Below, piece after piece: positions 14,223 to 22,934 of a stretch of 64,000 nucleotides of DNA. A model generated the notes under the pieces. The model saw only the letters and a list, made by a program, of their open reading frames with translations, was not told the DNA's origin and made no database searches. Location: positions 1-64,000 of the forward strand of contig JBGCFM010000160.1 of assembly GCA_045106895.1 (NCBI GenBank), read 5' to 3'. This DNA is from Polyangiales bacterium (GTDB lineage: Bacteria > Myxococcota_A > Polyangia > Polyangiales > Houyiibacteriaceae). Position 1 is the stretch's first letter, and each line of letters starts with the position of its first letter. The translations under genes were made by a program, and so were the position numbers.

Positions 14223-16466
14223 CTAGCTGGGCTCTAGGTATCGAAGAGCGATGGTTTTCGCGCCATGCTCCGCGAAGCGGACCTTGGCCTTGGGCGTCGA
14301 ACCCATTTCCACTCCTTCGATCTTTCCGACGCCAAACTTACGGTGTCGTACCCGCATTCCGATCCGAATCCCGGGTTCGTCGCCATCGCTATAGTCGACG
14401 TAGCTCTCGCCGCCGTCGCGGGGGGGCACATAGGCGGTGTGGGCAGGAGGAGAGTCCCAGGGATCTGGGATGTAGCTATGAGCGCCGCTGCGCCGGACAG
14501 GTTCGGGCGCCGGCCGCGCTCGTTGAACGCCGATCCAGTGAGCGTCGTCCTCGGGGATTTCTAGAACGAAGCGAGAAGCAGTTCCTGGACGGACTTGCCC
14601 GTAGATTCGCCTCATGTCGGCATAGCTCAAAATCAATCGTTCTCGTGCGCGCGTGAAGGCCACGTACGCAAGACGACGTTCTTCGGCGATCTCTTCTTCG
14701 TCCGCGGAGAAATCGTTGCCCATGCGAGGGAACATTCCCTCTTCAAGACCAACGACCATGACGGTGTCGAACTCAAGGCCCTTTGCCGCGTGAACGGTCA
14801 TGAGCGTGAGTCGCGCTTCCTCCTCGTCTTCCTGTTTGTGGTCGGTCTGAAGCGTGACCTCCTCCAGGAAGAGGGCCAGTGATGGTTCGTTGCCTTCGTC
14901 TTCGATACGCTCTGCGAATTCGGAGATCGAACCCACGAGCTCTTCGAGGTTCTGCATACGCGCATCGCTCTCGGCGCTGTTCTCGTTCTTGAGTGCTAAG
15001 AGGTAGCCGGTTTCGGTGAGGATGACGCCGGGGAGATCTTCGAGGGGGACGCGTGAGGCTTCTTCCCTCAGCATGAGAATCAGTGAACGAAACGCGCGAA
15101 GCTTGCGCCCCGCGGCGGCTCCAAAGCGACCGTCTTCTTCGAGATGAGCGAGCGCATCCCAGACGCCACCGCCTCGTTCTGCGGCTAGGTCGAGGAGGCG
15201 TCCAACGCTTGTCTTGCCGATGCCCCGCGTCGGTGTGTTGATAATGCGGAGCAGGCTGACGTCGTCGTCGGTGTTGTGAAGAACACGGAGGTAGGCGAGG
15301 AGATCTTTGACCTCAGCGCGGTCGTAGAAGCGAAGCCCGCCGACGATGCGGTAGGCCATGTTGACGGCGCGTAACGCCTCTTCGATGACGCGGGATTGGG
15401 CGTGGGTTCGGTAGAAGACCACCATCGATTCAAGGGACTCGCCCTTGGCGACGAGTTCTGTGGCGCCACGTACGACGAGGTTTGCTTCGTCGCGTTCATC
15501 TCGGGTCCGAACCACGAAGACTTTTTCGCCGTCTTCGTTGTCTGTCCACATCTCCTTCGGTTCGCGGTCGGTGTTGCGTTCGATGACGGCGTGGGCGATG
15601 CGCAAAATACGCTTTGTGGAGCGGTAGTTTTGTTCTAGCTTGATGAGCCTCGCGTCAGGGTAGAGCCGACGAAAGTCGAGGATGTTTCGTCGATCGGCGC
15701 CCCGCCAACGATAGATGCTCTGGTCATCGTCGCCGACCACGGTGAGGTTGCGGTGAACGCTCGCGATGGCCGTGACGAGGCGCAGCTGGGCGTGGTTTGT
15801 GTCTTGGAACTCGTCGACGAGGAGATGCTCAAAACGCCCAGCGATCTGTTCGCGGAAACCGTCGTTGTTCTCAAGGGCGCGGACCAAGCGGTAGATGAGG
15901 TCGCCGAAGTCCAGCGCGCCACAGGCGTCCATGCGTTTTTCGTAGGCTTTGTAGATCTTGGCGACGATCTCGTCGTAGGCCGTGTCGACGTCGATCTGGT
16001 CGGGACCTTTCATCTCTTGTTTTGCAGCACCGATGGCGTGGGCCATCTGCTTGGGCGCGAAACGTTTGGGGTCCAGGTTGAGGTCACCGAGGATCCGCTT
16101 GATCATCGCCTTCTGGTCAGAGTCGTCGTAGATCGTGAAGTCGCGGCGGACGTTCGCGAGCTCGGAGTGCTTTCGCAAGAGCCGAGCGCACGTGGAGTGG
16201 AACGTACCGATTTGGAGTCTGCCAGCGCCCGGTGACAAGACCTCGAGTCGCTCTCGCATCTCCGCGGCGGCTTTGTTGGTGAAGGTGACGCCACAGATCT
16301 GCCAAGGTTTCACTCCGCCCTCGGCGACGAGGTAGGCGATTCGATGGGTAATGACGCGAGTCTTACCGGAACCTGCGCCGGCGAAAACGACGAGGGGACC
16401 TTCACTATGAAGGACGGCTTCGCGCTGGGGATCGTTTAGGTGTTCGAGGTCGAGGGTGCCGGACAC
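14223..16466 (-). CDS. pcrA: ATP-dependent DNA helicase UvrD/PcrA
   Basis: AGAGSGKT, TFTNKAA, DEFQDTN, VGDDDQSIY, LEQNYRS, HAAKGLEF, C-terminal Tudor-like RVRHRKFGVG. Confidence 0.95.
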   Translation of the reverse strand: MSGTLDLEHLNDPQREAVLHSEGPLVVFAGAGSGKTRVITHRIAYLVAEGGVKPWQICGVTFTNKAAAEMRERLEVLSPGAGRLQIGTFHSTCARLLRKHSELANVRRDFTIYDDSDQKAMIKRILGDLNLDPKRFAPKQMAHAIGAAKQEMKGPDQIDVDTAYDEIVAKIYKAYEKRMDACGALDFGDLIYRLVRALENNDGFREQIAGRFEHLLVDEFQDTNHAQLRLVTAIASVHRNLTVVGDDDQSIYRWRGADRRNILDFRRLYPDARLIKLEQNYRSTKRILRIAHAVIERNTDREPKEMWTDNEDGEKVFVVRTRDERDEANLVVRGATELVAKGESLESMVVFYRTHAQSRVIEEALRAVNMAYRIVGGLRFYDRAEVKDLLAYLRVLHNTDDDVSLLRIINTPTRGIGKTSVGRLLDLAAERGGGVWDALAHLEEDGRFGAAAGRKLRAFRSLILMLREEASRVPLEDLPGVILTETGYLLALKNENSAESDARMQNLEELVGSISEFAERIEDEGNEPSLALFLEEVTLQTDHKQEDEEEARLTLMTVHAAKGLEFDTVMVVGLEEGMFPRMGNDFSADEEEIAEERRLAYVAFTRARERLILSYADMRRIYGQVRPGTASRFVLEIPEDDAHWIGVQRARPAPEPVRRSGAHSYIPDPWDSPPAHTAYVPPRDGGESYVDYSDGDEPGIRIGMRVRHRKFGVGKIEGVEMGSTPKAKVRFAEHGAKTIALRYLEPS

Positions 16467-16523
16467 GCGGGACCATACGCCATGGGAGAGACTCCGTCCG
16501 GGCAAATCCGATGAAGCCGAGGA

Positions 16524-17132
16524 CTATGGTTCGAACGTGTAGAGAAGGTCGGGCGCGTCGGTACAGTCGAAGGTCCCGCGTCGCGCCCCGATGGTGCCGG
16601 TGGTCATGGTTTGAATCACGTCGTCTTCACGCACTCGGAGCGTCCAGCCTGTGGTGGGGTCGATATTGCCAAAGTTGTTCACACACACGCTGTATTCACC
16701 GGCGGCGGGTACGCTGAAAGAGACGCGCTCGGGGCCCGTGCCGATTCGATCGTCCACGTCGAGGGCGCCATCCAGTCCCTCGTCTCCGATCACCGCGGTT
16801 GGGTCTCCGAAGTAGATCAGCACGCCGTCCGGCCGTACGACGTGGAGGTCGACGTCCCCGCGGTTTTCCCACTCGAGCAGGAACTCCAGGGGGCGGTCAG
16901 AGATGCACTGGCTGCCGAGGCAGTCTTCATTGAGGTCGCAGACGTTCCCGCATTCCCCGCAGTTGTTCGGATCACGGACGGTGTTGGCGCAGCCTCCCTC
17001 GCACATCGTCTGGTTTTCCATGCCGCACGGTGCGTCAATGGGCCCACCGTCGCGCTCTGTGGCGATCTCTGGCACTGGAATGCAGCCGAAGAGCGTGCAT
17101 ATGGCCAGCAAGTGTATAATATCGGTTGCCAT
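16524..17132 (-). CDS. Lipoprotein with Cys-rich repeat and YfaP-like domain
   Basis: Lipobox LFGC; DPNNCGECGNVC; LEW..DVDLHV..PDG..LDVDD..GPE. Confidence 0.75.
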   Translation of the reverse strand: MATDIIHLLAICTLFGCIPVPEIATERDGGPIDAPCGMENQTMCEGGCANTVRDPNNCGECGNVCDLNEDCLGSQCISDRPLEFLLEWENRGDVDLHVVRPDGVLIYFGDPTAVIGDEGLDGALDVDDRIGTGPERVSFSVPAAGEYSVCVNNFGNIDPTTGWTLRVREDDVIQTMTTGTIGARRGTFDCTDAPDLLYTFEP

Positions 17133-17865
17133 GAAACGAACGCTAGCACGGAGGCATGACTCTGCACTCGCCGGAATCTTCCGAGGAGGTGCGTTTCTGT
17201 TGGGCATGATGACGCTCTCGGCCTGCGCGCCTTGTCCAGAACTACACCGGGTGTTCGGCGTGGAGTGGGAGGAGACACCTCTGCGACGAAAAGACGGTTC
17301 CATCGTGGAGACCACGTATCGCCTCGAGTCTGACGAGTTCGTCGCCACTCGCGAATGCGGCGGGCAGCGCGTGGAACTGAGTACCGAGGTGAGTCATTGG
17401 TACAACATCGTCGTGGAGGAGCCGGCTTCAAGGCGCACGTCGGCAGATGGACTGTCGTGCAGGCTCTCTTATGCGGAGGGAGAGGAAACGAGACTTTTCC
17501 TCGACGAAGACGGTCAAACGCTGACCTCGGAGAGTGGTACGACGGAGATCATCCCATGGGGGGAGGTCAACGGCATGTTGGGGGCTTGGTCGTTCATCCA
17601 GCCTGACGCTACGGTGGAGTGGTTCGTCTACCCACAGGACATCTTCGCCGTGGCCCGCTGTCTAAATGGTATTCGGGCGACGGTTACTGTTCCGGTGCTT
17701 ATCGAGCACCGCTTCCGAGTCGAAGACACCGTGAGCGCGTCCAGCGGAGATTGCGAGCTTGAGTTCCTCGCAGGGGTCTATCGCTACTACCCGGAAGTCG
17801 CGGGAGAGCTTCTGCTCGAACGCGAAGGGGGGAGTCTCCTCACGCTGACACAGGTCGCAGAGTAG
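17131..17865 (+). CDS. Hypothetical lipoprotein
   Basis: LSAC lipobox-like motif, protein-like composition; start uncertain. Confidence 0.55.
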   Translation: MKRTLARRHDSALAGIFRGGAFLLGMMTLSACAPCPELHRVFGVEWEETPLRRKDGSIVETTYRLESDEFVATRECGGQRVELSTEVSHWYNIVVEEPASRRTSADGLSCRLSYAEGEETRLFLDEDGQTLTSESGTTEIIPWGEVNGMLGAWSFIQPDATVEWFVYPQDIFAVARCLNGIRATVTVPVLIEHRFRVEDTVSASSGDCELEFLAGVYRYYPEVAGELLLEREGGSLLTLTQVAE

Positions 17866-17939
17866 CGAGTTCTTTGCGGAGAACCCTGTGACTCGCCCTG
17901 AAAAGGCACAAATGCCACAGTACGTGCTATGAAGGCGCC

Positions 17940-18701
17940 ATGGAATCGGCGGCGGCGGAGCGGTCCGAAGGGGACGAGCCCGATGGTCTTGGAGGCGCAG
18001 ACGACAATTCGACGTCGGATGCAAAGCCCGTGGTGAATGAAGCGACACCAGCGCCGTCAAAAGCCGTGAAGACAAAGACCACCGCCGCGGATCGAGAGCG
18101 CGACCGGGAGCTGGTACGAGCCGTTCAACGCGGTGACGCCAACTCCTTCAGAGAGCTCTTCGACCGATATCATCGGCGGGCCTACGCGGTGGCTTTTGGC
18201 GTCGTTAAGAATCAACAGGATGCCCTCGATATTGTTCAGGAGGGCTTCATCAAAGTTCACCGACACATCGCGAACTTTCAGGGCACTAGCAGTTTCTACA
18301 CTTGGCTCTATCGAATCATCATGAACCTCTCCATCGACCACGTAAGGCGCAACAAGAAAGGGCGGAACCTCGACTATGACGACCGCGTGCGTCGTGACGA
18401 GGAAGATGTCGCAGGCGATGGCGCGATTCTGCCGACGATTCTCAACTCGAACCCACGCAAGTCGGTCCTTCGGCGGGAGCTTTCAGAAGCCATCCAAGCG
18501 GCTCTGGGGGAACTCCCAGAACACCATCGTGCGGTCATCGTGCTGCGCGAAGTAGAGGGGCTCTCCTACGAAGAGATGGCCCGCATCCTCGAGGTGCCGA
18601 AAGGCACCATCATGAGCCGCCTCTTTCACGCGCGACGAAAGATGCAAGAAACGCTGGCGCCTTACATTCAGGGCGACCTCGACATCCGGGATTCAAAATG
18701 A
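17940..18701 (+). CDS. ECF sigma factor (RpoE-like)
   Basis: DALDIVQEGFIK, FYTWLYRI, GLSYEEMA..PKGTIMSRLFHAR. Confidence 0.93.
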   Translation: MESAAAERSEGDEPDGLGGADDNSTSDAKPVVNEATPAPSKAVKTKTTAADRERDRELVRAVQRGDANSFRELFDRYHRRAYAVAFGVVKNQQDALDIVQEGFIKVHRHIANFQGTSSFYTWLYRIIMNLSIDHVRRNKKGRNLDYDDRVRRDEEDVAGDGAILPTILNSNPRKSVLRRELSEAIQAALGELPEHHRAVIVLREVEGLSYEEMARILEVPKGTIMSRLFHARRKMQETLAPYIQGDLDIRDSK

Positions 18702-19264
18702 CCATGCCCGAAAGCAACGACTACATCGACGACGACAAACTCCAGCGCCTCTTTGACGGCGACTTGACGGAGGGCGAAGAGAAGATTCTACGCCGTGACG
18801 TTGCCAAGTCAGAGACCGAGCAAGCGCGCGTCGCGCAGTTAGACCGATTGGGTGACCTGATTCGCCTTTCGGGTGAAGAGGTGGGCGCGGACATCGACTC
18901 GAGCGCTCTCTTCGCGCGCATCGAAGCGGGGGTCGCCGCGGACAAGAGCCCCCGCCTTGAGCTCATTGGAAACCAGCCGAAACGTCAGCGCACCGTTGGT
19001 GTCGTCGCCGTTGGGTTTGCGATGGCCGCCGCCGTCGCTCTCGTTTTCTACCTGATGCCAGGCGCCGACCCGAACATAGCCGTCAATCCTATGGACGATA
19101 ACCGCGAGGTTCTTGTCGAAAACGACCTTCCAATGGTCGAAATCCACCCGCCGGCGGGTTCTGCCGTCGAACAAGTTGATTTTGGTTCGAATACGGGGAC
19201 CGTTTTCGAGGTCGAAGGAGCAGAAGGTCAGCCGCTGGCGGTTGTCTGGATTGCCGAGGAGTAG
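18698..19264 (+). CDS. Putative transmembrane anti-sigma factor
   Basis: ATGA overlap with the sigma gene; LFDGDL N-terminal helix, single TM, C-terminal VVWI. Confidence 0.7.
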   Translation: MTMPESNDYIDDDKLQRLFDGDLTEGEEKILRRDVAKSETEQARVAQLDRLGDLIRLSGEEVGADIDSSALFARIEAGVAADKSPRLELIGNQPKRQRTVGVVAVGFAMAAAVALVFYLMPGADPNIAVNPMDDNREVLVENDLPMVEIHPPAGSAVEQVDFGSNTGTVFEVEGAEGQPLAVVWIAEE

Positions 19265-19267
19265 GCC

Positions 19268-19741
19268 ATGAATCGCGTCACCATCACCCTTACGAGTCTT
19301 GCCATTGCGCTGAGCGCGAGCTTCGCTGCTCCTGCGTTTGTCTCGCAAGCACAGGCGCAGGCCCCGGTGCAGACCGAAGTTGTGGTCATCCTCGCGAAGG
19401 AAGCCGCTGGCACCATCGACCCAAGTCTCGAGTCGATGACGGCGTTGCAGCGCGCGCCCTTCAACGCGTTCCGGACGATGACGATCCTCGACCGCAAGAA
19501 CGAGCGCCTCCGCGCAGGACGCGATCAAGACATTCGTTTGCCAAACGGCCGCACCCTTCGAGTTCAGCTCCAGCGCGTAATGCCTGACGGACGATACCGA
19601 GTGCGCGTGTCCATCGACCGACCTGAAGCGGACGCGTACCTGCCACTCCTTCAGGTGGTGGCGTCGCCGGGCGACCCCTTCTTCGTTGCGGGGCAGAGTC
19701 ATGACGGTGGCACGTTGGTGATCGGCATCACGCTCAACTGA
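19268..19741 (+). CDS. Exported hypothetical protein of the ECF operon
   Basis: Signal peptide ending AQA; 3 nt after the anti-sigma stop. Confidence 0.7.
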   Translation: MNRVTITLTSLAIALSASFAAPAFVSQAQAQAPVQTEVVVILAKEAAGTIDPSLESMTALQRAPFNAFRTMTILDRKNERLRAGRDQDIRLPNGRTLRVQLQRVMPDGRYRVRVSIDRPEADAYLPLLQVVASPGDPFFVAGQSHDGGTLVIGITLN

Positions 19742-19884
19742 GCTGAGAGCAACCACGTTGCACGAGCGTCCACTTCAACGGGGTGGGCGCTCTTTTTCGA
19801 TGTGAGCTCTGCTTGGACGAAACTTACGGCTGCGCGGGTTGTCATGAGAAGAGCACAGGCTTCCCTTTCTTGAAGGACAACGAC

Positions 19885-20355
19885 ATGTTCAGTTCACTCC
19901 GACCCCTCTTCCTGGTCACATTCATTCTGGGCGCTTGCGGCTCCGCTTCAGAAGAACCTGTCGCTGAGATTCCATGTGGAGAGGTTCGGGGGGGACCGTC
20001 GGATTTCTCTCTCGCCAACAGCGATGTCGACGGAGCGCAAGTGGGTGCGCCTTCAGCTTGCGAAGCTGGCGTCGATATTCCGGTAACGCGAAGCGCGGGG
20101 GCCCACGCCATGGAGGACGTTGTGAACGAGCGAGCTGTGAACGTTCGCGCCGCTTTGGCGGGCGCAGGCGCTGAAGTGTACGGCTATGGCAACGGAAGCT
20201 GCTCGTCCCAGGTCGCTGTGATCATCGACGATTGGGGCCAGGCGGACAACGCTGTGCGAGGGCTCGCACGTTTCATGAGCGAGCGTGGGGTGTCGGGCAC
20301 CGTGAACGTCACCGTCGAAGCGAACTCCTGCGTCGAGCTGGAAGCTGCCGAATAG
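19885..20355 (+). CDS. Hypothetical lipoprotein
   Basis: AAGGA SD, lipobox LGAC. Confidence 0.7.
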   Translation: MFSSLRPLFLVTFILGACGSASEEPVAEIPCGEVRGGPSDFSLANSDVDGAQVGAPSACEAGVDIPVTRSAGAHAMEDVVNERAVNVRAALAGAGAEVYGYGNGSCSSQVAVIIDDWGQADNAVRGLARFMSERGVSGTVNVTVEANSCVELEAAE

Positions 20356-20419
20356 GCGCGTAGAGTTTCGCATCTTCTTGTGAAACACGCGCCCCGCTGA
20401 AACTTGGTAGAGTTGAGCC

Positions 20420-20989
20420 ATGCAATGGCGTCTGCTCGTGGTTGGTATTTGGTCCTGCTCAGCGTGTGGCGAGCCACCACCTCCGGTGGCTGAGGCGGAA
20501 CAGACGCATTCTTTGAATGGGCTGCAGGTGACGGTCCCGTCGACTTGGACCTTGAGCCCAGCGGACCAGAGCGCGCGTCTTCAGGCTGCCGGCGTTCGTC
20601 GAGATCCGCAGGCTGATGTTCACGTGCTGGCACTCAGTGCTGCGCCCGGGCCGGCCCCTGCGTTGAGCCTGATGACCATCGCCCAATCCGCTGAATACTC
20701 GCAAGGAATGGGCAGCGTTCGCAGCGCCATGGAAGGCATGGAAGGGTCCATGCGTTCGGGCGCGCAGAGCCGTGGTGTGGCTTTGGAGTTTGAGGGCACG
20801 TGCACGGCGACTTCCTGCGACATCAGCTACCGCATGGGTCCCACCGGGGCGCGGCAGCGCGTCTGGCGCGACGGCGGACGTATGAACTCGGCCGGCTATA
20901 CATGCGCGGGGGAAGCGGGATGCGCAGCGATGGAGACAGCCGTGTTGCCTCCTCCTCCGTCGAGCGCGGACTCCGTCGATGCGCTCTAG
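20420..20989 (+). CDS. Hypothetical lipoprotein
   Basis: Short signal ending CSAC-G. Confidence 0.6.
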   Translation: MQWRLLVVGIWSCSACGEPPPPVAEAEQTHSLNGLQVTVPSTWTLSPADQSARLQAAGVRRDPQADVHVLALSAAPGPAPALSLMTIAQSAEYSQGMGSVRSAMEGMEGSMRSGAQSRGVALEFEGTCTATSCDISYRMGPTGARQRVWRDGGRMNSAGYTCAGEAGCAAMETAVLPPPPSSADSVDAL

Positions 20990-21088
20990 CAGCGTTGAAC
21001 GATTTTCGTCGTCGACGGAATAGCTCGTGCGGTCGCTTGTTAGTGCTTCCGAGGGACAGGCCCTCCACTGACCAGAAGGAGTAAAGCA

Positions 21089-21313
21089 ATGACGAACGAC
21101 CGACGATTTGTGGCTCTCAAGGGAGCCCAGCGTGATTGGGTAAACCTCGATGACTTCGATTGGGACAGCGACGAGGAGGTGGACTCTGAGCCGCTTCCGG
21201 AGTGGAGCCCTGAGTTAGAACATGACGGTTGGAGCGCGATTGTTCCGCGTGAGAGTCCGCTCGCGCACCTCGGTGACAAGCTCGACTTTGCGCGACTGAG
21301 CGGGCGTTTGTAG
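21089..21313 (+). CDS. Small acidic hypothetical protein
   Basis: Strong AAGGAG SD; 74 aa, Asp/Glu/Trp-rich. Confidence 0.55.
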   Translation: MTNDRRFVALKGAQRDWVNLDDFDWDSDEEVDSEPLPEWSPELEHDGWSAIVPRESPLAHLGDKLDFARLSGRL

Positions 21314-21323
21314 TCAAGCGTCG

Positions 21324-21355
21324 GCGGCGCGGCTGCGTCGACGTAGCCGCGCCGC
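21324..21355. terminator. Strong GC hairpin (terminator-like palindrome)
   Basis: GCGGCGCGGCTGCG-TCGA-CGTAGCCGCGCCGC, 14-bp stem with one G-U; weak U tail. Confidence 0.5.
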
Positions 21356-21394
21356 GTTCCTTGAAGTCCGTGAAAAGCTCGGCAACACTTGTCC

Positions 21395-21482
21395 GTGCAG
21401 CTTGTGGGACTGAGGTGCGATTTCCGGAAGTCGTCTATGAAACGAAGGTACGTTCACCGTGCCCGCACTCCCCAAGCTGCAT
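21395..21482 (+). ncRNA. Candidate structured RNA (Y-RNA-like or cis-regulatory leader) upstream of the TROVE-like gene
   Basis: 5' TGCAGCTTG(T)GGGA (21396-21409) pairs with 3' TCCCCAAGCTGCA (21469-21481) with a single bulge; ends 19 nt before ATG 21501. Confidence 0.45.
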
Positions 21483-21500
21483 CACTTTCGCTGAGCGAAT

Positions 21501-22934
21501 ATGTCCAGCACATCCATAAATCCGGCGGAGACATCTTCGCAGCGTGTCTTTCGCGAAGACGTGCTCCTCTTCATCAACGGTTGCTTTGCGGCGACTTCGC
21601 AGGGCGGTTTCTTCCGTCGCGAGGGAGTACAGCGACTCGGCATCGAGTTTCTGCATGCGTATATGCGCTTCGGGTATCGGCGCGTGTATGCGCTCACGCT
21701 CGCGGCGGGGATCAATGACTTCAACACGGCGCTGATCATTCGGATGCTCTTGGCGCATCCGCGTGAGAGTGAGCACCACCCGCAAGAGAACGCGCTCATC
21801 ACGGAGGCGCTGCGGCGATTGCCTCCGCAGCGGGTCTATCGACTGTTCAAGGAACTACGGGAGCGGCGCGTCAACAATCGCCGTACGCGTGCGGTGATGC
21901 GCCGCTACGTAGAAGAGCGCGGGCGCCAGGAGTTCGACGCGGTGAAGTACCGCGCGGGGCTCACGAGCGCAGTGCGTCACGCGCGCCTGCCGCTGCCGCC
22001 TGAGCTTGGCGCGTTTCTCTTTCAGGGCAAGAAGCAGAAGCAGTATGAGTCGCCGCTCTTGGAGTCGTGGCGTGCCGCTCATTATGCGCAGGACGCCATG
22101 TACCGTTTGCCGTACACCGTGGCGGAGGGCTTCGCGGAGAAGCACGGCGTTCCGCGGAAAGTGTTCCTGAAGAAGATCGCGCCGCAGCTGACGAAGACAG
22201 AGCGGGAGCGTCTTGGGCGAAGTGCGGGGAAGCTCGGCGTAGACGTGGGGGGCGACCTCTCGAGAATGCCGCTGCTCAAACTCGCGAGCTACGTGCTCTC
22301 GTTTTCGATGGAGGAGCGCGCAAAGAGAGGCGCGGAGATCGATGCTGCGTTTCACAGCGCTGCGGCGCGCGTAGCGGGGCATCGGACGAGTGGCGGAACG
22401 GTCGCGCTCGTCCTCGACGACAGTTACTCGACGCTTGGGGGGCGTGCGACGCGTCAACGGCCTCTAGCGCTAGCTCTTGGTGTTCACTACCTGCTTCATG
22501 CTTCGTACGCGACGGTTCGCTCGCATTGGCTGCATGGGCCGGCGGGCCCGTATCCGTTTTTTGTTCGACCGCGGGGCCAAACGAACCTCGCAGCTTCGTT
22601 GCTCACGGCGCTCGAAGGTGAGCCGGACATCGTCTTTGTTGTGTCCGACGGCTGGGAGAACGATCCGCCTGGTGCGACGGCTGCGACGCTGGAACTCTTC
22701 TCGCAGCTCAAACGTAGTTGTCTCTTCGTTCACGCAAACCCGGTCTTTGACGGTGAGCGCTTTGAGCCGCGTAAGCTCAGCCCTCTCATGGCGACGCTTG
22801 GCGTCCGCGAGCCAGAAGACCTCCTGACTTCTTTGGCCTACGCACGCTTCGCGATGGGGCGCGATTCGGCGTTGGAGCTCGAAGCGCGGCTGGAGAAGAG
22901 CGCGCAGAGCTTCCTCGCTGGAGCTGGGCGATGA
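21501..22934 (+). CDS. Ro60/TROVE-like helical protein with C-terminal vWA (MIDAS) domain
   Basis: MIDAS VLDDSYS (22416-22430), GQTNLA, FVVSDGWEN; Arg/Lys-rich all-helical N-terminal region of about 290 aa. vWA is clear, TROVE is inferred. Confidence 0.7.
   Translation: MSSTSINPAETSSQRVFREDVLLFINGCFAATSQGGFFRREGVQRLGIEFLHAYMRFGYRRVYALTLAAGINDFNTALIIRMLLAHPRESEHHPQENALITEALRRLPPQRVYRLFKELRERRVNNRRTRAVMRRYVEERGRQEFDAVKYRAGLTSAVRHARLPLPPELGAFLFQGKKQKQYESPLLESWRAAHYAQDAMYRLPYTVAEGFAEKHGVPRKVFLKKIAPQLTKTERERLGRSAGKLGVDVGGDLSRMPLLKLASYVLSFSMEERAKRGAEIDAAFHSAAARVAGHRTSGGTVALVLDDSYSTLGGRATRQRPLALALGVHYLLHASYATVRSHWLHGPAGPYPFFVRPRGQTNLAASLLTALEGEPDIVFVVSDGWENDPPGATAATLELFSQLKRSCLFVHANPVFDGERFEPRKLSPLMATLGVREPEDLLTSLAYARFAMGRDSALELEARLEKSAQSFLAGAGR

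Noticed and set aside
21375..21400. sigma54 (RtcR-type) promoter for the TROVE-like locus
   Set aside because: GG at 21381-82 is followed 10 nt later by CC, not GC; spacing fails
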